Shown here piece by piece: positions 37,701 through 53,100 of a stretch of DNA of 64,000 nucleotides. The translations under genes were made by a program, and so were the position numbers. Below the pieces are notes generated by a model that was not told the DNA's origin, ran no database searches, and was given only the letters and a program-made list of their open reading frames with translations. Numbering within the stretch: position 1 is the stretch's first letter; the number at the start of each line of letters is the position of its first letter. The stretch is from Antedon mediterranea (Eukaryota; Animalia; Echinodermata), in contig NC_092680.1 of the NCBI RefSeq assembly GCF_964355755.1, positions 9,734,001-9,798,000 on the forward strand. Direction: 5' to 3'.

Positions 37701-40700
37701 ATAACTCGAATATTACACGCATGCCACATGGTGTTAGTCTGGGTTCCTCAGACGGAGTTTTGACCTAATATTAGTAAAAAGATAAATATTTTGGCACGGC
37801 ACATATGGCGACTCATACGTATACTACTTGAGCTTGTAAAAATCGAAACGTCGACTGGAGGACTAACATAAAAAGAGACTAGGAGCAACTCTACAGTATA
37901 CATGCAATATATACAATGAAATACCGTATCAATAAGAAGCATTATAGACGTGGTTTATATTAATTACATAAGCTATCTACAAGAGATCAATACATGAGAA
38001 ATACGATAATAACGAATTGAAATTTATTCAATAATTGTTGAATGAGCATAATAATCCTTCCTTTAAACTGAAGACAATAACATAGCGGGGTGTCGATTGA
38101 TTTAACCGGGTATCCACCTTATACTGTTTGAGAACTGCGAAAGCGATTAATACTGCACTAGGATACTGTAAAGAGTAAAATTGATTACCAAGCGAAATAT
38201 TAGATAAAAAGTTCTACCAGAAATGGTCTGAGATCGTTTATACGATCTCTTTATTCAATAAAGCCTGTTTTATAGGCAGTTTAGTTGATAATAAACGATG
38301 CGCGCAAAATAATGATGAAAATGACCATGATGAATTCAGTATGATAATAAGAATTGTGATCATTACATCAAATACTCCATAGTTCATCAATAAAGAGAAC
38401 TATAAGTAAAATCAAAATTAACATTCTTCTGGAGAACGAACGACAATGTAAAATAATACGACCTTTACATAAACATTATATGCCTAGGCCTACAACTATT
38501 ATATGTTTAATAAATTATGTTGTATCAGCACAGCAATTAAAAACAAAAACTGATATTGCTAACACACGTTTATGTAGTATGGATTAAACGGAGTGTATTG
38601 ATTTCAACGCCTCGATGACACAAACACGTATCAATTATGTCATACCTACCCAAAATAATTACCAAGATTAATAAAAATATTGAGACAACTAATTAAGCGT
38701 TAAACGAAATGCTATGTATAGATTACCAATATATATTCGAGGTTCAAGAAATACTTTACTTACTTGTTTGGTATTGAGTCAATGTAGGCCTAATACTTAG
38801 GGCATACTAAAGTGCAATGGTTATTGGAAAAACACGCCAATCCGACAGTCAGTAATTAGACTCACTAGAAATTATACCGTTGAACAGATGTAGTTTATTT
38901 AGACACATTTTTCAGTTGAACTGTAGGCAGAAAAAGGGCAACTATCGAGCACAACTTATCGATGGAAATTGACTCTTGTATTCGATAGAAACTATGGACA
39001 TTTAATGGTAATTTGCAACGCGTTTCTGACATAAATTGTCCAATGTTTGTATCAAATTGCTTGACATTAAATGGTGCTGGTTAATGAACGGCAGTAAACA
39101 ATTCATTGTGTAATACAAGAACTCTAGAAGCCAAACTATCAATATTGTGTATTAAAGAATATGGTATTATGTTGGTCTTGAATGCCTTTAGTGAACGCAT
39201 CACTCCCAGTTAAAGTGTATTGTGTTTAAATTAGTTGCTAGGTTACAGGACGCAATAGCGTACAATAAAATGAGTATTGAGAGAATGCTTTACTGTTCAA
39301 TAGTTTTCAATTACTTATTTAATCTTTTCATTGTATTTATCATATATGTCAACCTGCAAGCCTTCCCGCTACCGCTACTAGTTCATATTGTCGTTGCTAT
39401 TCTACAAAACTACTTGAAAAAATAAACAAAACATATAGGGCCTACACATTTAGGTCAGTAAAAAATAACTTTGTTTTGTAATCTTTCATAACGATAATAT
39501 TTTAATACGTTTCGAAACTCTGTACTTTACACTCGTTTTTCGTTTACGGGAAACCATACTCGATAGCGTTCAAAATACGAATTTGGCAAAGAAAAGTTTT
39601 GAAAAGTTCGTCACCAGTTAATTTTTGGCAAATATCAGATAACTTAGTTTGCAGAAGTGACAAACTAATTGTGAGGTTCGTGAACTCAACGAGATTACAG
39701 TCTTTGTAGATCGTGCAGCTGGACAAAATGACTACACCAATACAGTTGCAAATAAAACTTGGTGAAAGTGAATTGACAAACTATCGCCGCAAATTGATCG
39801 ACGTTAACTGACGTAATACACTGGTGGTTCTATCTAGCTATGTAAACTATAAATTAGCAATAACCCGCACCCATGTCAATATAGCAAAATACAACAAACC
39901 AATATAACATTTTATTGACACTCTTGTATCAGATAAGATGTCATCATAGAACTGGCAATGAATGAAGGGGAGTTCGAGTGGGAATTTTTTTAGAAGATCA
40001 AGAGAAAAGGAACGTACATTTCAAAGCCTCATATACGTCGTCATACAAGTTCGTAGAATATAGTTAACTATTCTGTCCAAATCGAGGAATTAGTGTTTAT
40101 CACCAATGATATTTTGACATATAACTAACCTATGACAAATTGGACTACTGTTAAATTCTGATTAAGACAGGCTTTGGTAAACAGGTAATATACTTATCAA
40201 TTCCATGTGTTTATTAATAAAACAAATGCTTAAGCGATATTTCCATTTCTTAAATGCAGTGGTATGTCGACATTGTTTAAATCAATACACTTTCATATTT
40301 CTAAGGCTACATGGATTTTTGGACGTTAACCCGGACAGAAAACTCCGAACGGCAAATTGTTTATAAAATCAAAAAGAAAAAAAAGGTAGCCGGAGTTGTC
40401 AATTACTATAAAAAAAACAATTGGATAGGTAAATATTAAACAATACTAAGATAACATTTACATAATTATAATTAAGTTATCTCAGATATTTTCAAACAAT
40501 TTTGTGTACATAGATTAGCTTTCTAACAACAATGTATCGGTGAGTAAGGTGATTCAACTAAACCGCAGGGGCGAAAATTGTTTTGGGCACATGATTAATT
40601 ACAGTAAATTTAATTACACAAAAAACGAAATGCAACAAAACATTATGTTAAAATTATTATTGTTTTTTTATTATTGTAAATTATCGAGAAAAGTTTTCAC

Positions 40701-43700
40701 TTACCCTCCGTGGATGCGGATTGTTTGAACGGATGTTATGGACCGGTCCAGGCAAAATACCAAGCAATTCAAAAGACATGGTTGAAGCAAAGTCTATGTT
40801 ACTTTTTTTTTTCTCTCAACGGGCCCTTTTTGCGGTTTCCAACACGCTACCTCGTTGTTCAAGGGATGATGTACACCAGTGTGTCAGTGTCTTTCCACGA
40901 TGGCAACCGCCTTATATACGAAAACCGGTTTCTTGTTAGTTTGATGTTTTCATACATGAATTGTTTTATATACACTTATCAAATAGCTTATTCACGGTTG
41001 CTAGATATTTTGATATTTGGTGGAACAAATGATTTCATATATAGGGGTGGCTTCGAGAATATAAATTAAATATTTAATAAGAATCACACCTCATAATAAA
41101 GGCAATACATATTTATCGAAATATAAACATATACATATACCTATTATTGTTATCAAATGTATAATATGTTTATGTAATATTAGAATTATATTTAAAGATA
41201 AAAATTAACTCGTCTTGTTAATGGTTTCATCCAATATAAAATTATATCATAAGTCAATTACATGTATCGATGCCTAGAGATGGTTCCCATGGTGATTGCT
41301 CGCCGTATCGGGGAAATCAACAATCAAACTTTCTAAGGAAAAATAAATTGGTCGCTAAGAGATTAAGTTTTAGATGTTTCTTTTTTAGAAAAACATTTTT
41401 ATATTTTTTATTAACGTTCAATATTTAAAATAAAGCATGTAAATTGTTGTAGGCTTAAAGAAAGCTTCCCCTATATTTGGCCTATCACACATTTAAAAGC
41501 TTAAAAAATGTATCATTATTTATTATAAATGTATTATTATCTTTATTTATTAAATTAAATTTCTTTTTTCTTTGAAAAATGTCATCCATATCAACAAACG
41601 TACAAACAGAAAAAGAAAAAAGAAAATTCTCAAACTTTAAGCTTAAATATATGAATGTATCATTTATTATGAATTATCATTATTTATTATGAATATATTA
41701 TCATGATCATTATTTTTATTATGAATGTATCATTATCATGGTTAGTTTTGGAAATTGTATATATTTACATATTATATTGTCATACTGAAGTTATATATTT
41801 ACATACATTACATGTCAAATATAATTTAGTAATAATGATGTTAATAACAATTAATAAAGATAAGCAGTTTGTTTATTCTATAAAATTAATTATTCTTGGA
41901 TGGCATATATAATCATATTTATTAAGTATTGGTAGTGGCGTTATTATATCATGGTAAAATTTAGAAATAATATGTAATAATAATATTACCATTTTCACAA
42001 AAAGCTTAAAAGAAAAATAAATCTAATCAAATAAATTCCAAAAAGAATTCCAATAACCACTGAGGCGAAGGCCTGGGCTAGTGACAAACTTTCAGAGAAA
42101 ATCGTTTTGGTTTGCTTATTTTATTTTGTATCTCCATTGCGCCACTGATAACCACATCATTGTCATTTTTTCAGTAATTATTTGCTTTGAATTTATATAT
42201 ATATATTTAAAAACATATTTGTATTTATTTACAAATCGATAATATGAATACAATACACAATGACAATAACAATCGATAGATAAGATGAAATATACTTATT
42301 TCCATAACGTAAATGAATATTACTTGGTAATTTTGTATCAAGTATCTATAAACAGGAGCAATAAACAATAAACAAAGTAAAGGGTGTGGGGAAGAATTTG
42401 ATAATGGATTCAATTTAAAAGAAAAGGCTGAAGCAAAAAATGCGTGTTTATTCTTGTCACTTCTTTACTTCAAGGGGGTAATTAATCTATCATTTAACCT
42501 TCTATCATTTTGGAAACTAAACTTACAAACGTTAGTTTGGATATAATTAGCATAATACAGCATACGTAAACTAACGGAGCGATCCCCAGGCTCTTAAAAT
42601 ATATAGTTCTAAAGGTCCTTGCTATACTCAGCAGAAACTAAGCCTATCTTAAAACGTGTTCTTCTTGTCGGCATATGGAAATTTTAAATACATTTTTTTT
42701 TGCCGTATTCATGTTACTGTATTTGACTACTGCATAAACGAAGCATTTAGAAGATTGTTTTACAAGATTGTAGGAATGTGTACGTCCATACTTTCTGTAT
42801 TGCAAGCCTATGAATACATTATGAACTAAACGACACAACAATGCATCAATTTCAATATTTTTATAACTAATGCCTACTTGAAATAAATATCCTAGCAAAA
42901 ACAACTCTCTAGTATTCTGTTCACCATCACGTTGACAACGTAATCAATGATTTCACGGTTACAGATCGAATATCAACGATAATAGTGGTTGCTCTTCTTT
43001 CGACGAAGGAGCTGCAGTGCATTACATCAATAGAGTAGAGTAACGTATAACGAAATAAAATACATTTTTCAGTTTGACGGTTAAACTAAAAAGGTCTGGC
43101 TGGTTTTTATGCAAACTTTGCACAATTCTATACATTTGTTTTTAGGTTTCTTTTGTCTTGACAGAAATCACGATAAAAAAAACAAACAAGTATTTATTTG
43201 TTTGTTTTTTTCCAAGGAATTAAGAGTGAAATTACACATTTTAAATGTGTGTACATTTAATCAAATACATTTTATATCCAATTTTATTTCAGACAAAACG
43301 TGCTTGAATAGATTTTAAATTGAAAGAGAAAAACAGATTAATTCATTCAGGCAGAACTTTAACAGAAACACTCAACAAATCTTTATTTTTTTTTAACCAT
43401 TTCTTGAATTATAGACAGCACTTGATTTCTAAATCAATTCTTTCCCGAAAAACACTCTGCTTTTGGACATTATTTACTTTTATTTCACCCTAAATAATTT
43501 AATTTTAATTCATGTGCTGAATAGCTTGTTTTTATATCAGCAAAGGTCAAAATCATTCAATCGTCTCTGGAATTAGCTCCGTTGCGTTAGAGGAAATGGG
43601 GTATGTATATCTGTCGTTAATAACGCCACTGCCGATGTTTACACGCAAGGCGCCATACGTGTGAACAGGCTCTTATATAATATAAGTATAAAGAGTCATT

Positions 43701-44198
43701 TTTAAACTCATTCTTTGTGAAATAATGTTTAATTTGAGTGGCAGTGCATATTTTAATAATATATACAATGTATAACTTCTCTCGATAAAACGATTTATGA
43801 TAATAGCAATTAAGTACGTATCTATAATATTGATAGATATTAAAATGGCATAGACAGATGATGTGCCCAATAAGAGTGATATGACGTTATTGTGTCCAGT
43901 CCTATGTGCACATTACATTTTTTCACAAAGTTTGGGTGTGTAGACAGAGCTTTAGAACAACGTGCAATATTTATATTTGTTTAACTGCCAAGATATAAAA
44001 TTCCTCGCTATAACCTTCTGTTCCATATTAAATAAAGAACCACCATATAATTTTGTATACACGATATTTCCATAGCAACCATTGTTATCATACACAACTT
44101 GCCAATGTTATATAATTTGATATTGCTGGTGATTCCATCTTAAAGTCACGTTGTCATTAAAGACTTTTTTATCTGTCTTGATGAGTTTTCTTTTCTTA

Positions 44199-44199
<1 letters not shown>

Positions 44200-44231
<32 letters not shown>

Positions 44232-44410
44232 TTGTATAGCGCACATTTATACAACATTTAATTATAATCAGCGGCGCTTCAAATCAATTAGTATCGTAAC
44301 ATTGTGCTTTTAAATGTTTTTTAAACTGATTATAGTCGTCTAAGTGTTTAATGTGACTTGGTAATCTGTTCCAAATTTTGGGTCCTGCTACGGCGAACAA
44401 ACGGTCAGCA
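44200..44410 (-). mobile_element. 3' end of an L2-like LINE
   Basis: Minus strand reads ADRLFAVAGPKIWNRLP. Ends in GCGCTATACAAGT followed by an (AAT)n tail (44200-44230). Confidence 0.7.
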
Positions 44411-47119
44411 AATAAATAAATAAAGAATAACACTGGATCTTTGTTATTGCCATGGAGACTAGGCTATAATTTTCCAAAAAGTATTATAAAAATTAGATTC
44501 TTATGAAAAATTCCCAGTTTATTGAAACAAAAAGTATTACTGCAGGTGATGAGCATTTGCCTTGTTCCCAGGTATACAACAACTGCTTTTTAATTTAAGA
44601 CGCAAATTCATACAGTGTCATGAAGTTAGTTTTATTTTGCATAACAACAATACAAAAAGTACAACTGAATAATTTTACCGTTATTATATTCTAATTCAAC
44701 GTCTCGTTCTTACACTCAATCGTCATATGTCATCAATAATGTCTGTTGTATATACGATATTAAACCATGGAGGTATGATTAAACCATACCATTTTTTGTG
44801 TGTTGTTAATTCAATACAAATATTGTATTGTGAGTACAGTCATTGTTATTAGGCCTACTGTATGTGTAGGTCCATCTATATAACTTTAGTTATTATGAGA
44901 TATTTGTTACCAACACAATAACGATTAAGACAAAGATATAATCATGTATATCTGATGATACTTTATTGCCAATAAGTTTATCAAAAAGTAGTACATTAGT
45001 TGATATCTGCAAGTATATCGGTTTCAACATTTATAACCGGCAATTATGTACGACTTTTTTCTACATATTTTTAATTGCTATAAGGACACCGAAAAAGTAA
45101 TCTACCTTCCCCTAAACATGCATAATAAAAATAAGATGAATGAATGAATGAGCACCAACAAATTAAAAAAAATTATACATTCTTAAAAATATCGATTTTT
45201 TACAATTGTATGCTTACATGATGTTGTAAACAACATGTGCGTAGGTTGGATGAAGTATAATTGAATTGGATGAAGTATAAGAGGATAGTCGGCAGCAGCC
45301 GTAATATAAGACTAGAGAGTACAGTGGTGGCGCCAGGATTATGTAGGCCAATATGTTATATTCGAATACAGTATTTTACTGGGCCTACATTAAAGATACC
45401 GTATGTTTTCATATTAGTACAATAAACTATAACAAAAGGTTAGTTCTTATTTCCATATTTCTTTTTCACCACAAATTATTGCAATATACATACAACACTG
45501 CAGATAAATATATCTGGAGCAGCTATACACACGACATAAAAGGTATCCTGACGGCTGCGGCATTTCGCGAGTGTTGATAGGCCTAAATTGTATATCAAAT
45601 TGTTGGCCTGTTACTAAAGTAATTACAATTTTATTTTATATTTGTTTTATTTTATTTAAAACATTTACAAAAAATGTTGTTATTTTGAAATAGACACACT
45701 AATACATGCACACCCACCCACAAATAAACCTGCTTAAAATGAAATGATACAGAATTGTATGAATATATGAATTTCTTGCTGAGCAGTTTATCCTGCATGA
45801 CCTATTTAATAATAACAATAATAACAATAATACCCATAAAAAAGCATGTTATGCTGGTGTACACTAAAGTACCTGGTACTTTGTATCAATCTCTGGTACA
45901 TGCATATATTGTATCGCATTCACTTTAATACCCTGTCACTTGTATGAAAACATTTGAACATTGTAGCCAACAATCAGGATTGTGAAACTGTGCCATGAAT
46001 TGAACTATATAGGCCTACTGTTTGATATAAATGTATTTTTAGAAACAGAGTTTGAATTTAAACATAAAAATGTCATGAAAAATATTGACAAAAAAGAATA
46101 TATAACAATGTACTTAAGACTTAAAACATTAAATCATGAACAATGAAAGTACAACATTCTATTTATAGATTTTTTTAACATTTTTTTTTTTGCTCATCAG
46201 AACAGAGTACAATTTATAAATTAACCTACTAAAACACCTTGGTGTCTCTCTCAATGTTTGAATTTCCCAAAAAATCTTTACATTTGGTTTTTATGGGATC
46301 GAGTTACTTTTTCTGTTGTTGTTTGGGTGTTTCGTTTCAAGCGAATTAACCATAGAACAAAAGCTCCCATTAGCTTTGTGATAATCTAATTATATTTTTT
46401 AAATAAATTTTCAAAATCATGTACATTATACGTTTGTTACAGGAATGTTAGCCAACAGAACAGTAACGAACTCTACAACCAAAACTACTGTGCAACTACT
46501 GATACTATTTCTACCTAGAATGGTACTAAATCCTAAAACAAAATCCAACCATATTGGAAACGTCAAATGAAGTGACAATATGTGAACCAACGATTGTATC
46601 AACTAAAACTTATTTGTTAAAAGTAAGTTTTACATACAAAAACATTTTTTTTTCATGATTTAATTCCTTTTTCTTTTTAAAGTTTTATGCTATTTTTTTT
46701 ACATCTACTGAAAAGTTCCATTTAGTTAAAAAAAATACCACCCGTACTACCAAACACATGAAGGAAGATTATAATAAAGTGCCATTCATGCATCTTTTAA
46801 TATATGTAATGTATGTAATACGCTTATACCCAATTCACACACAACAAAATGCAAAAAGTAGTTATTATAGTAGATATTATGTAGGATAATCTTACTGAGT
46901 TACAATGCATTCACCTGCTGCTTTCTTTAGAAAAAGACTTGTGTATGTGCAGATTCCGTACATCAATGTTCCGAAATTTCATAGAAATGTAAACATGTAA
47001 ATGCATTTAAATGTTCATAGCTTGGTAGCAATATGTAATTTTTGTTCTGTGAATCCGGTATTAGTGTACAGACATATTATGTATTTATTGCTTTTTATTT
47101 TTTATTGCAATATATTGCT

Positions 47120-50100
47120 CTATTGATGCTTCACCTTCACACTTGAATACTGCTGCATTAAAGAAAACAGAGCTGGGAATTTCTGTAAAGAAATACACAA
47201 TTTGTAATACATAAATCTTCTCATAAACTACTTTACTGACTCAATATTTATATTTGGAATAAGCCAACATTGAGGACATAATAAGCCTTACTAGTTTTAA
47301 CAGGCCTTATGTACATCAACGGTTGCTAGAGACATATCAAAGCACATTTTAAGTTGATTTAAGTATTACATTAATAAGAAAACTGGAAAATATTCATTAA
47401 GTTCCTTCCTTTTAAAACTACTGTTGGCAAGGCCTCTACTACTGTACTGCATTTATAGTCATTAACATGCTAAATTAACAATTATTTATCTTTGATGCAG
47501 AAAAAAGTTTAATTAATTGTTCTATAAATAGATCTAAATTATGAGAATTTATTACCTTTATTGCTATTTTAATAAACATTATATTTTGCACTTATTAGCA
47601 GAAATTATTAATTAAAAGACAAAGAAAACAATAGCGCACAACACAATGATGGGAATCGATGTGATAAAAAAAAATGTTGTTCTCTTCATCAAATTGGCGA
47701 CTATATTTTGCCTCTATTGGACGTCCAAAAATACACAGACGAATAAATAACCACGGTGTATGTAGCACATGTTGGAATTACAGAATATGCGATTGTCAAT
47801 AGGGGTGAAACGAATTTACCATTTGAAATAAATAGTGGTTGTTTATTAAAATGTGGACATCCTTATAAATAATTGAATCTAGTAAGCCCTTTGAATCAGT
47901 CACAAGATTACAGAACATTCGATTAGCAATGTGGGGATGCAAATTAATTAAATTTATAAGGCAAGGATTTGCCTAGCAAGTATGCACATTGAAATGTTGT
48001 AAGCTCTTTCTAGCAATTAATGTACCACCACTAACGATTCCATGCAAGCCCATCCTAGCTTAGATCTAGTTTATATAAACATGGAAGTATTACAATAAAA
48101 GAATACCGACCTGAACAACGAGATAAACAATACCAATATAGCATCCAATAGCTGCTGCTAAGAATAGGTCAAATACAGCTGGCTTCACACTAGAAAAATA
48201 AACAAACATGTTCACCTTCTTTATTCAATATACAACAATTTGTTATAAGAACAACATTGAAATATAGGTAGAAGTTGATATCCATCAAGCACTAAGTAAT
48301 AATGATGAAGTAAACATATAACAACAGGGTTCAAGTTGGAGGAGTTCACTTACTTATAAGCATTCATCTTCATTGTCATACCATCATAGAAAATAAATTC
48401 TGGTTCTCTGAAAAAAAAATCATATAGATGTAGTGGAAAATTAGAACAGTGCAAATTGACCATGTAAAGGTAGAAGTATAAATAGCATACAGATTCATTT
48501 AAACTAACATGCAAAATAAAAGCAGAAAATGGTTTACTATACATGCTGAATTATCAGTGGAACAATGCATTGACCATGTAAGGTAAGTCTTGTATAATTT
48601 TAATAGTTGTACATAATAATTTTAGGTTTTTTCTGTCTGTAAAATGTCTTGTATTCTAATTGCTGAATAAATATAATTAATATATAATAATTATTAAAAT
48701 GTAATGGCTACCTTTTATCTGCTTTAACAGTTATTTTAGTGACGACATCATTGGGAAACATTTTTTCCATGCCTGCATACAAAGTGTTGACAACTGGACT
48801 ATCTTTGGTCATCAGCTGAGCTGCTCTTGATTGTGAGGATAAGAAAGTTGTCCAGGACTTAAGAGATGGTTCACTTACAGCCTGTAGAATACAGATATTA
48901 AATTAATGTATGAAAACTGTATGTAGAGTATTATGTGCTTAATTCAGGTGAGAGGATAACTAAAGATGTTGAGATACTTAGGAAAAAATCAATATATTCC
49001 ATATAAAGATTTACATAGGCCTAGGCCTATTCAATTATTACGACATGTCACTGTGTAAAGAAAATGGCCCTAGTCGGCCTAGTATTCTGTAGCTACCTGG
49101 CGGCCTCTCACACCCCGACCAGAATTTTGAGTGAAAAAAAAAATGTATGCGAATTGTGGTGGGAACACTTAAGTTACAGAGAGTATGCGTTTCATGTCAT
49201 ATGACACAAAATCTAGGTACATGATCTTCGTCGCGTTTCCAGGCCTGCCAATGCCATATGACACCAAAAAAAATATCTAGTTAGGTCTGCGCGATCGTTT
49301 GTTGTCGGCATCGTTTCTGGATCAACTGGATGTTCGCTATATTATGTTTAGAAGTATACCTAGCCTACATAGTTCATTGAGGTTCACCATGGTGTAAAGG
49401 TTCACCGTGTGGCGCCATCGTGCCTCTACCGTGGGAAATTTATATTCGCCATTGTGTATATAAAAACAACCACGAAGAAAACGATTAAAAATAGTATTTA
49501 TTTATGTGCTTCTGGGTAATTTATAACTTGGTCCCCCACCTCAAAATTTAATTATTAATTTTGCACACCTTGTTACCTCACAAAAAGAACATCGTAGGGT
49601 TGTTTACGAACTGCATTTTTTCCGACCTTGTGAAATGTGTGGGCTGGCGGAGTAGCCGACACACCCCTCCCCCACCCCTACTAGGATTTTTTTGGAGGGG
49701 GGTCGCCCTCCACCACTTACGACATGCTGGTGAGAACCCTGAAGGTAATTTTGAATTGAATTATTTTGAATTGAGTGTCCATCAGACCCATGTCAGAAGC
49801 AAACTAATGCTCTACATACACAGTCATTTCATAAAAGTAGTTAATAGCAAGTTCCAACCTAGATAAAATTCAAATATACTCACCATTAAATCAGTGAATA
49901 TTTCTAGGCTTTGATTAGATGAGCTGCTTGATAATCCATATAGATGTCTAGCCAAGCCTTCGGCTATAATTTTTACATTCCTTGCAAGAACACTAACATC
50001 CAATGTTGTCCTAGATAAATTGAGATAATTAATCAATTTCAATGTTACACCTAATCAACGATAGGCCATTATGTCACACATATGTAATATTTTATTTTAT

Positions 50101-53100
50101 TTAGGTATAAAAAAGGCAGACATAAGTCTAAAAATATTGTAGTACAAAGATTGAAACATTAAAAATAGACAGAATAAAAAAAAAACATAAAATTTATAGA
50201 TTAAAAAAAACCAACATTACGATATCACATGCATATGTAACTAGAAAGCCACTCCGAGAGTGCATACCTCCGCCTACTGTAAAATTCTCCTACATAAGAT
50301 TTCTCCGGTAAAAAAAAAATTAATATACAGGTATATATATATTTGTGTGTGTCTTAATGCTGTTGGTGATTTAGGCTAAATTCACTACAAGCATGTGTAT
50401 GCGAGTTTGGTGTAATGGTTATTAACAATAGCTTCAGTTGACTAACAATAGAACAGCAACGCGAAAATCAAACGAGTGAATTTGAAAAGAAATAGGTTTT
50501 TTAAACTACTCGCATCAAAAAACGTGCACATTAAATCAAATTATGTTTTAAAATTACAAATCACAAATTATAACTCTTGCCTCTTGTACAAAAATGAAGT
50601 TTTTTGGACAAAATGCAATTTCAGTTTACTTGTTGAATTGAAATTTATATTTATACTGGGTAACCTCTTCATTCAAAGACTGGTCTCCCAGAGGGCCCAG
50701 TTGGTGATCAGTGGCTGTGATGTACTAATACACCGGGGTAACCCCCTACTCGTCTCGAAAGATGTACTAGGTTCTTTAAAGTGCACACGAGCTAGATGTG
50801 TACACTGGACCTACGGTTTATAGTCCTTATCCGAGAAGACTTGTTACTTTAAGACTGCTCGCCGGCTATTGAAAAATTCAGTCCTATCTTTTACCACTAG
50901 CAGGTCTGAAAATTATACTAAAAAGTGGTCCCAAAATTTAATGGAATGGTCCTTGACCACACACATATCTATCTGTATATTCATTTTGGTAAAGATCTTG
51001 TAATAACTTTTTGAGTAATCCTGCTAACAAATGAACAAACAAACGCTACCGATTACATATACTTCCTTGGCGGAGGTAAATTATATCACCCTCTTATGTC
51101 ACACATGTATGATTATGTGTAATTAAAAGTTACTTTAAAATATAACTTACCCATCATCAAGGATTGAGTTTCTTAAAGGATCTACGTAAGATGCAAAATG
51201 TGAGAGGGTCATAGCCGGCAGACGACGCATGCTAAACCTTTCATGTTCCCATGTCAAAAAGTCGTCTGCTAAGTTAATTTTCTTATGAATCATACTAGTA
51301 TTTAATTCTGGATAGAGTGTTTTGCTGACTGCAATTATTTCCTAAAAACATAGAAAACAAAAGTGCTTCTTATTTTTCTTAATGAAGTAAAAAGTTCTAA
51401 TACAAATATTAAGATGCATGCCATCAATCAATCAATCTATTCACTTAAACTGGTTCAAGCTTAGTGAAAATTAATCAATCTAAAAATCAATCAATCCACT
51501 ATTAAGTTTCACTGGTTCAAGTTGAGAGTGAAATTATGAGATTATGTAGCAAGTAGGTTTTGTTGCTATTTACCTGTAAGATACTGTGAGGCACAGTCCT
51601 TTCCTTAGGTGGTTTGGAGACATGCATAAACAAACCATTACCAGATCCAATGCTATCTAAGCATAACACATGCGATACTTCACTCAGAAATGTCGTTTCT
51701 AAATAAAACAAAAAATTAATGTTTATAATATAATACATAGGGAAGAAAGAATGAAGGGCATAGTATTATTTGAATCTCTGATAAATGGTTGTGTCTGAAG
51801 TTAATTAAAATTTTAAAATCTGCTCTGGATTATCACTGTCAATCCACATTGACTACTTGATAGGGATGTTCCCTGGCTTTAGTCACTGATCAAAACTCAT
51901 CATCAAAATCCTATGCTGCCAAGCTCTATGTGTTATCGTCACACCTTACCTGTGCTTTCCAGGCTATCTTCGATCCATCTTTTTGTTCCTTGATAGTTGA
52001 ACTTTCCTCCTCCAGAGAGAAGAAATAAAAGATTATACCTGCAGTTATTTCAGGATAATAACTGCAATATAATAATGAGAAAACATTGTAGTTATGCATT
52101 TATCTAATGGCCTTAGCGTTTATTATTTTTAAATTTCATACACATCAAACAGAAAATTCACTCAAATTATATCGTATTTATAAAGTTTCACTTGAGGCTT
52201 AGGGCGTAGAGTAGTTATCTACTAGCACTAGATAAGGATTCAACCCCACACATTGTTATTTTCATCTATTAAAAGGATACTTTGCTTGTGTTTTTGAGTT
52301 TGAATAAAGTTTTGAAAAGAGTCTTGCTAATTCTAATAAAGCAGCCACTCCACTTCCGTTTGAATCGGCGCCGTGAGCTAGATACTGAAAAACAAAATTC
52401 ATTATTTATTCACACACAATTTTAGTAAACAGAAAAAGATATCACATTACAAAAATTATTTTAAAAAAGGGAAGATTTAACAGCAGCACATTGTTACTAG
52501 CAACAAAAAAGCTGTGAACCTTGTCCAGAAATTTAAACAAATTAATACAAGTAATAAACTACTGCACATGCAGTTAGATACAAAAATGTAGACTGTATAA
52601 TTACATGATACAAAAAGAGTAGTGGCAAAAATTGCAAATAATCTAGCATATAATATATTAATGCTACTAAACTAAAATCTCCTCCATGATGTATATTGAT
52701 GGGCCGCACACGATAGTATAGTAAAAATATATATGTAAAATTTTGATCATTGGTTTTTAAAACATATTAAAAATAAAATCCGTGAAATGTATGAATTGTC
52801 CATTTTTAGTAACAAAATCAATGGCCGTAAATACCGTAGTTCCGAATTTGATTTGTGAAACAATTTGTTTTTATTCTAATAATTTGTACTTTTATCAGAG
52901 GGCGCTTTTATCATACTTGCCCATGCAAAGTATAACCCACATATTAAGGTAGAAAAAACCGTGTGGAGCACGGGTTACTGCTAGTTAAGATTCTAATTTA
53001 TAACATTCTCGTAAAATTTAACACTATTTGTTATTTGTTTAAAATAGACTATGAAATCGATAATTACTTCAATTTCCATATTGTTCCCTCTTTTCCTTAT

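Noticed and set aside
40710-41069. ORFs of 119 aa and 72 aa in the intergenic interval
   Set aside because: Non-ATG starts, no recognisable motif, and no in-phase splice partners found.
49060-49741. CpG-rich insert in NCLN intron 10 ending GGTGAGAACCCTG (hAT-like end)
   Set aside because: Probably a TE relic, but I could not find the matching terminus or a TSD, so it was not called.
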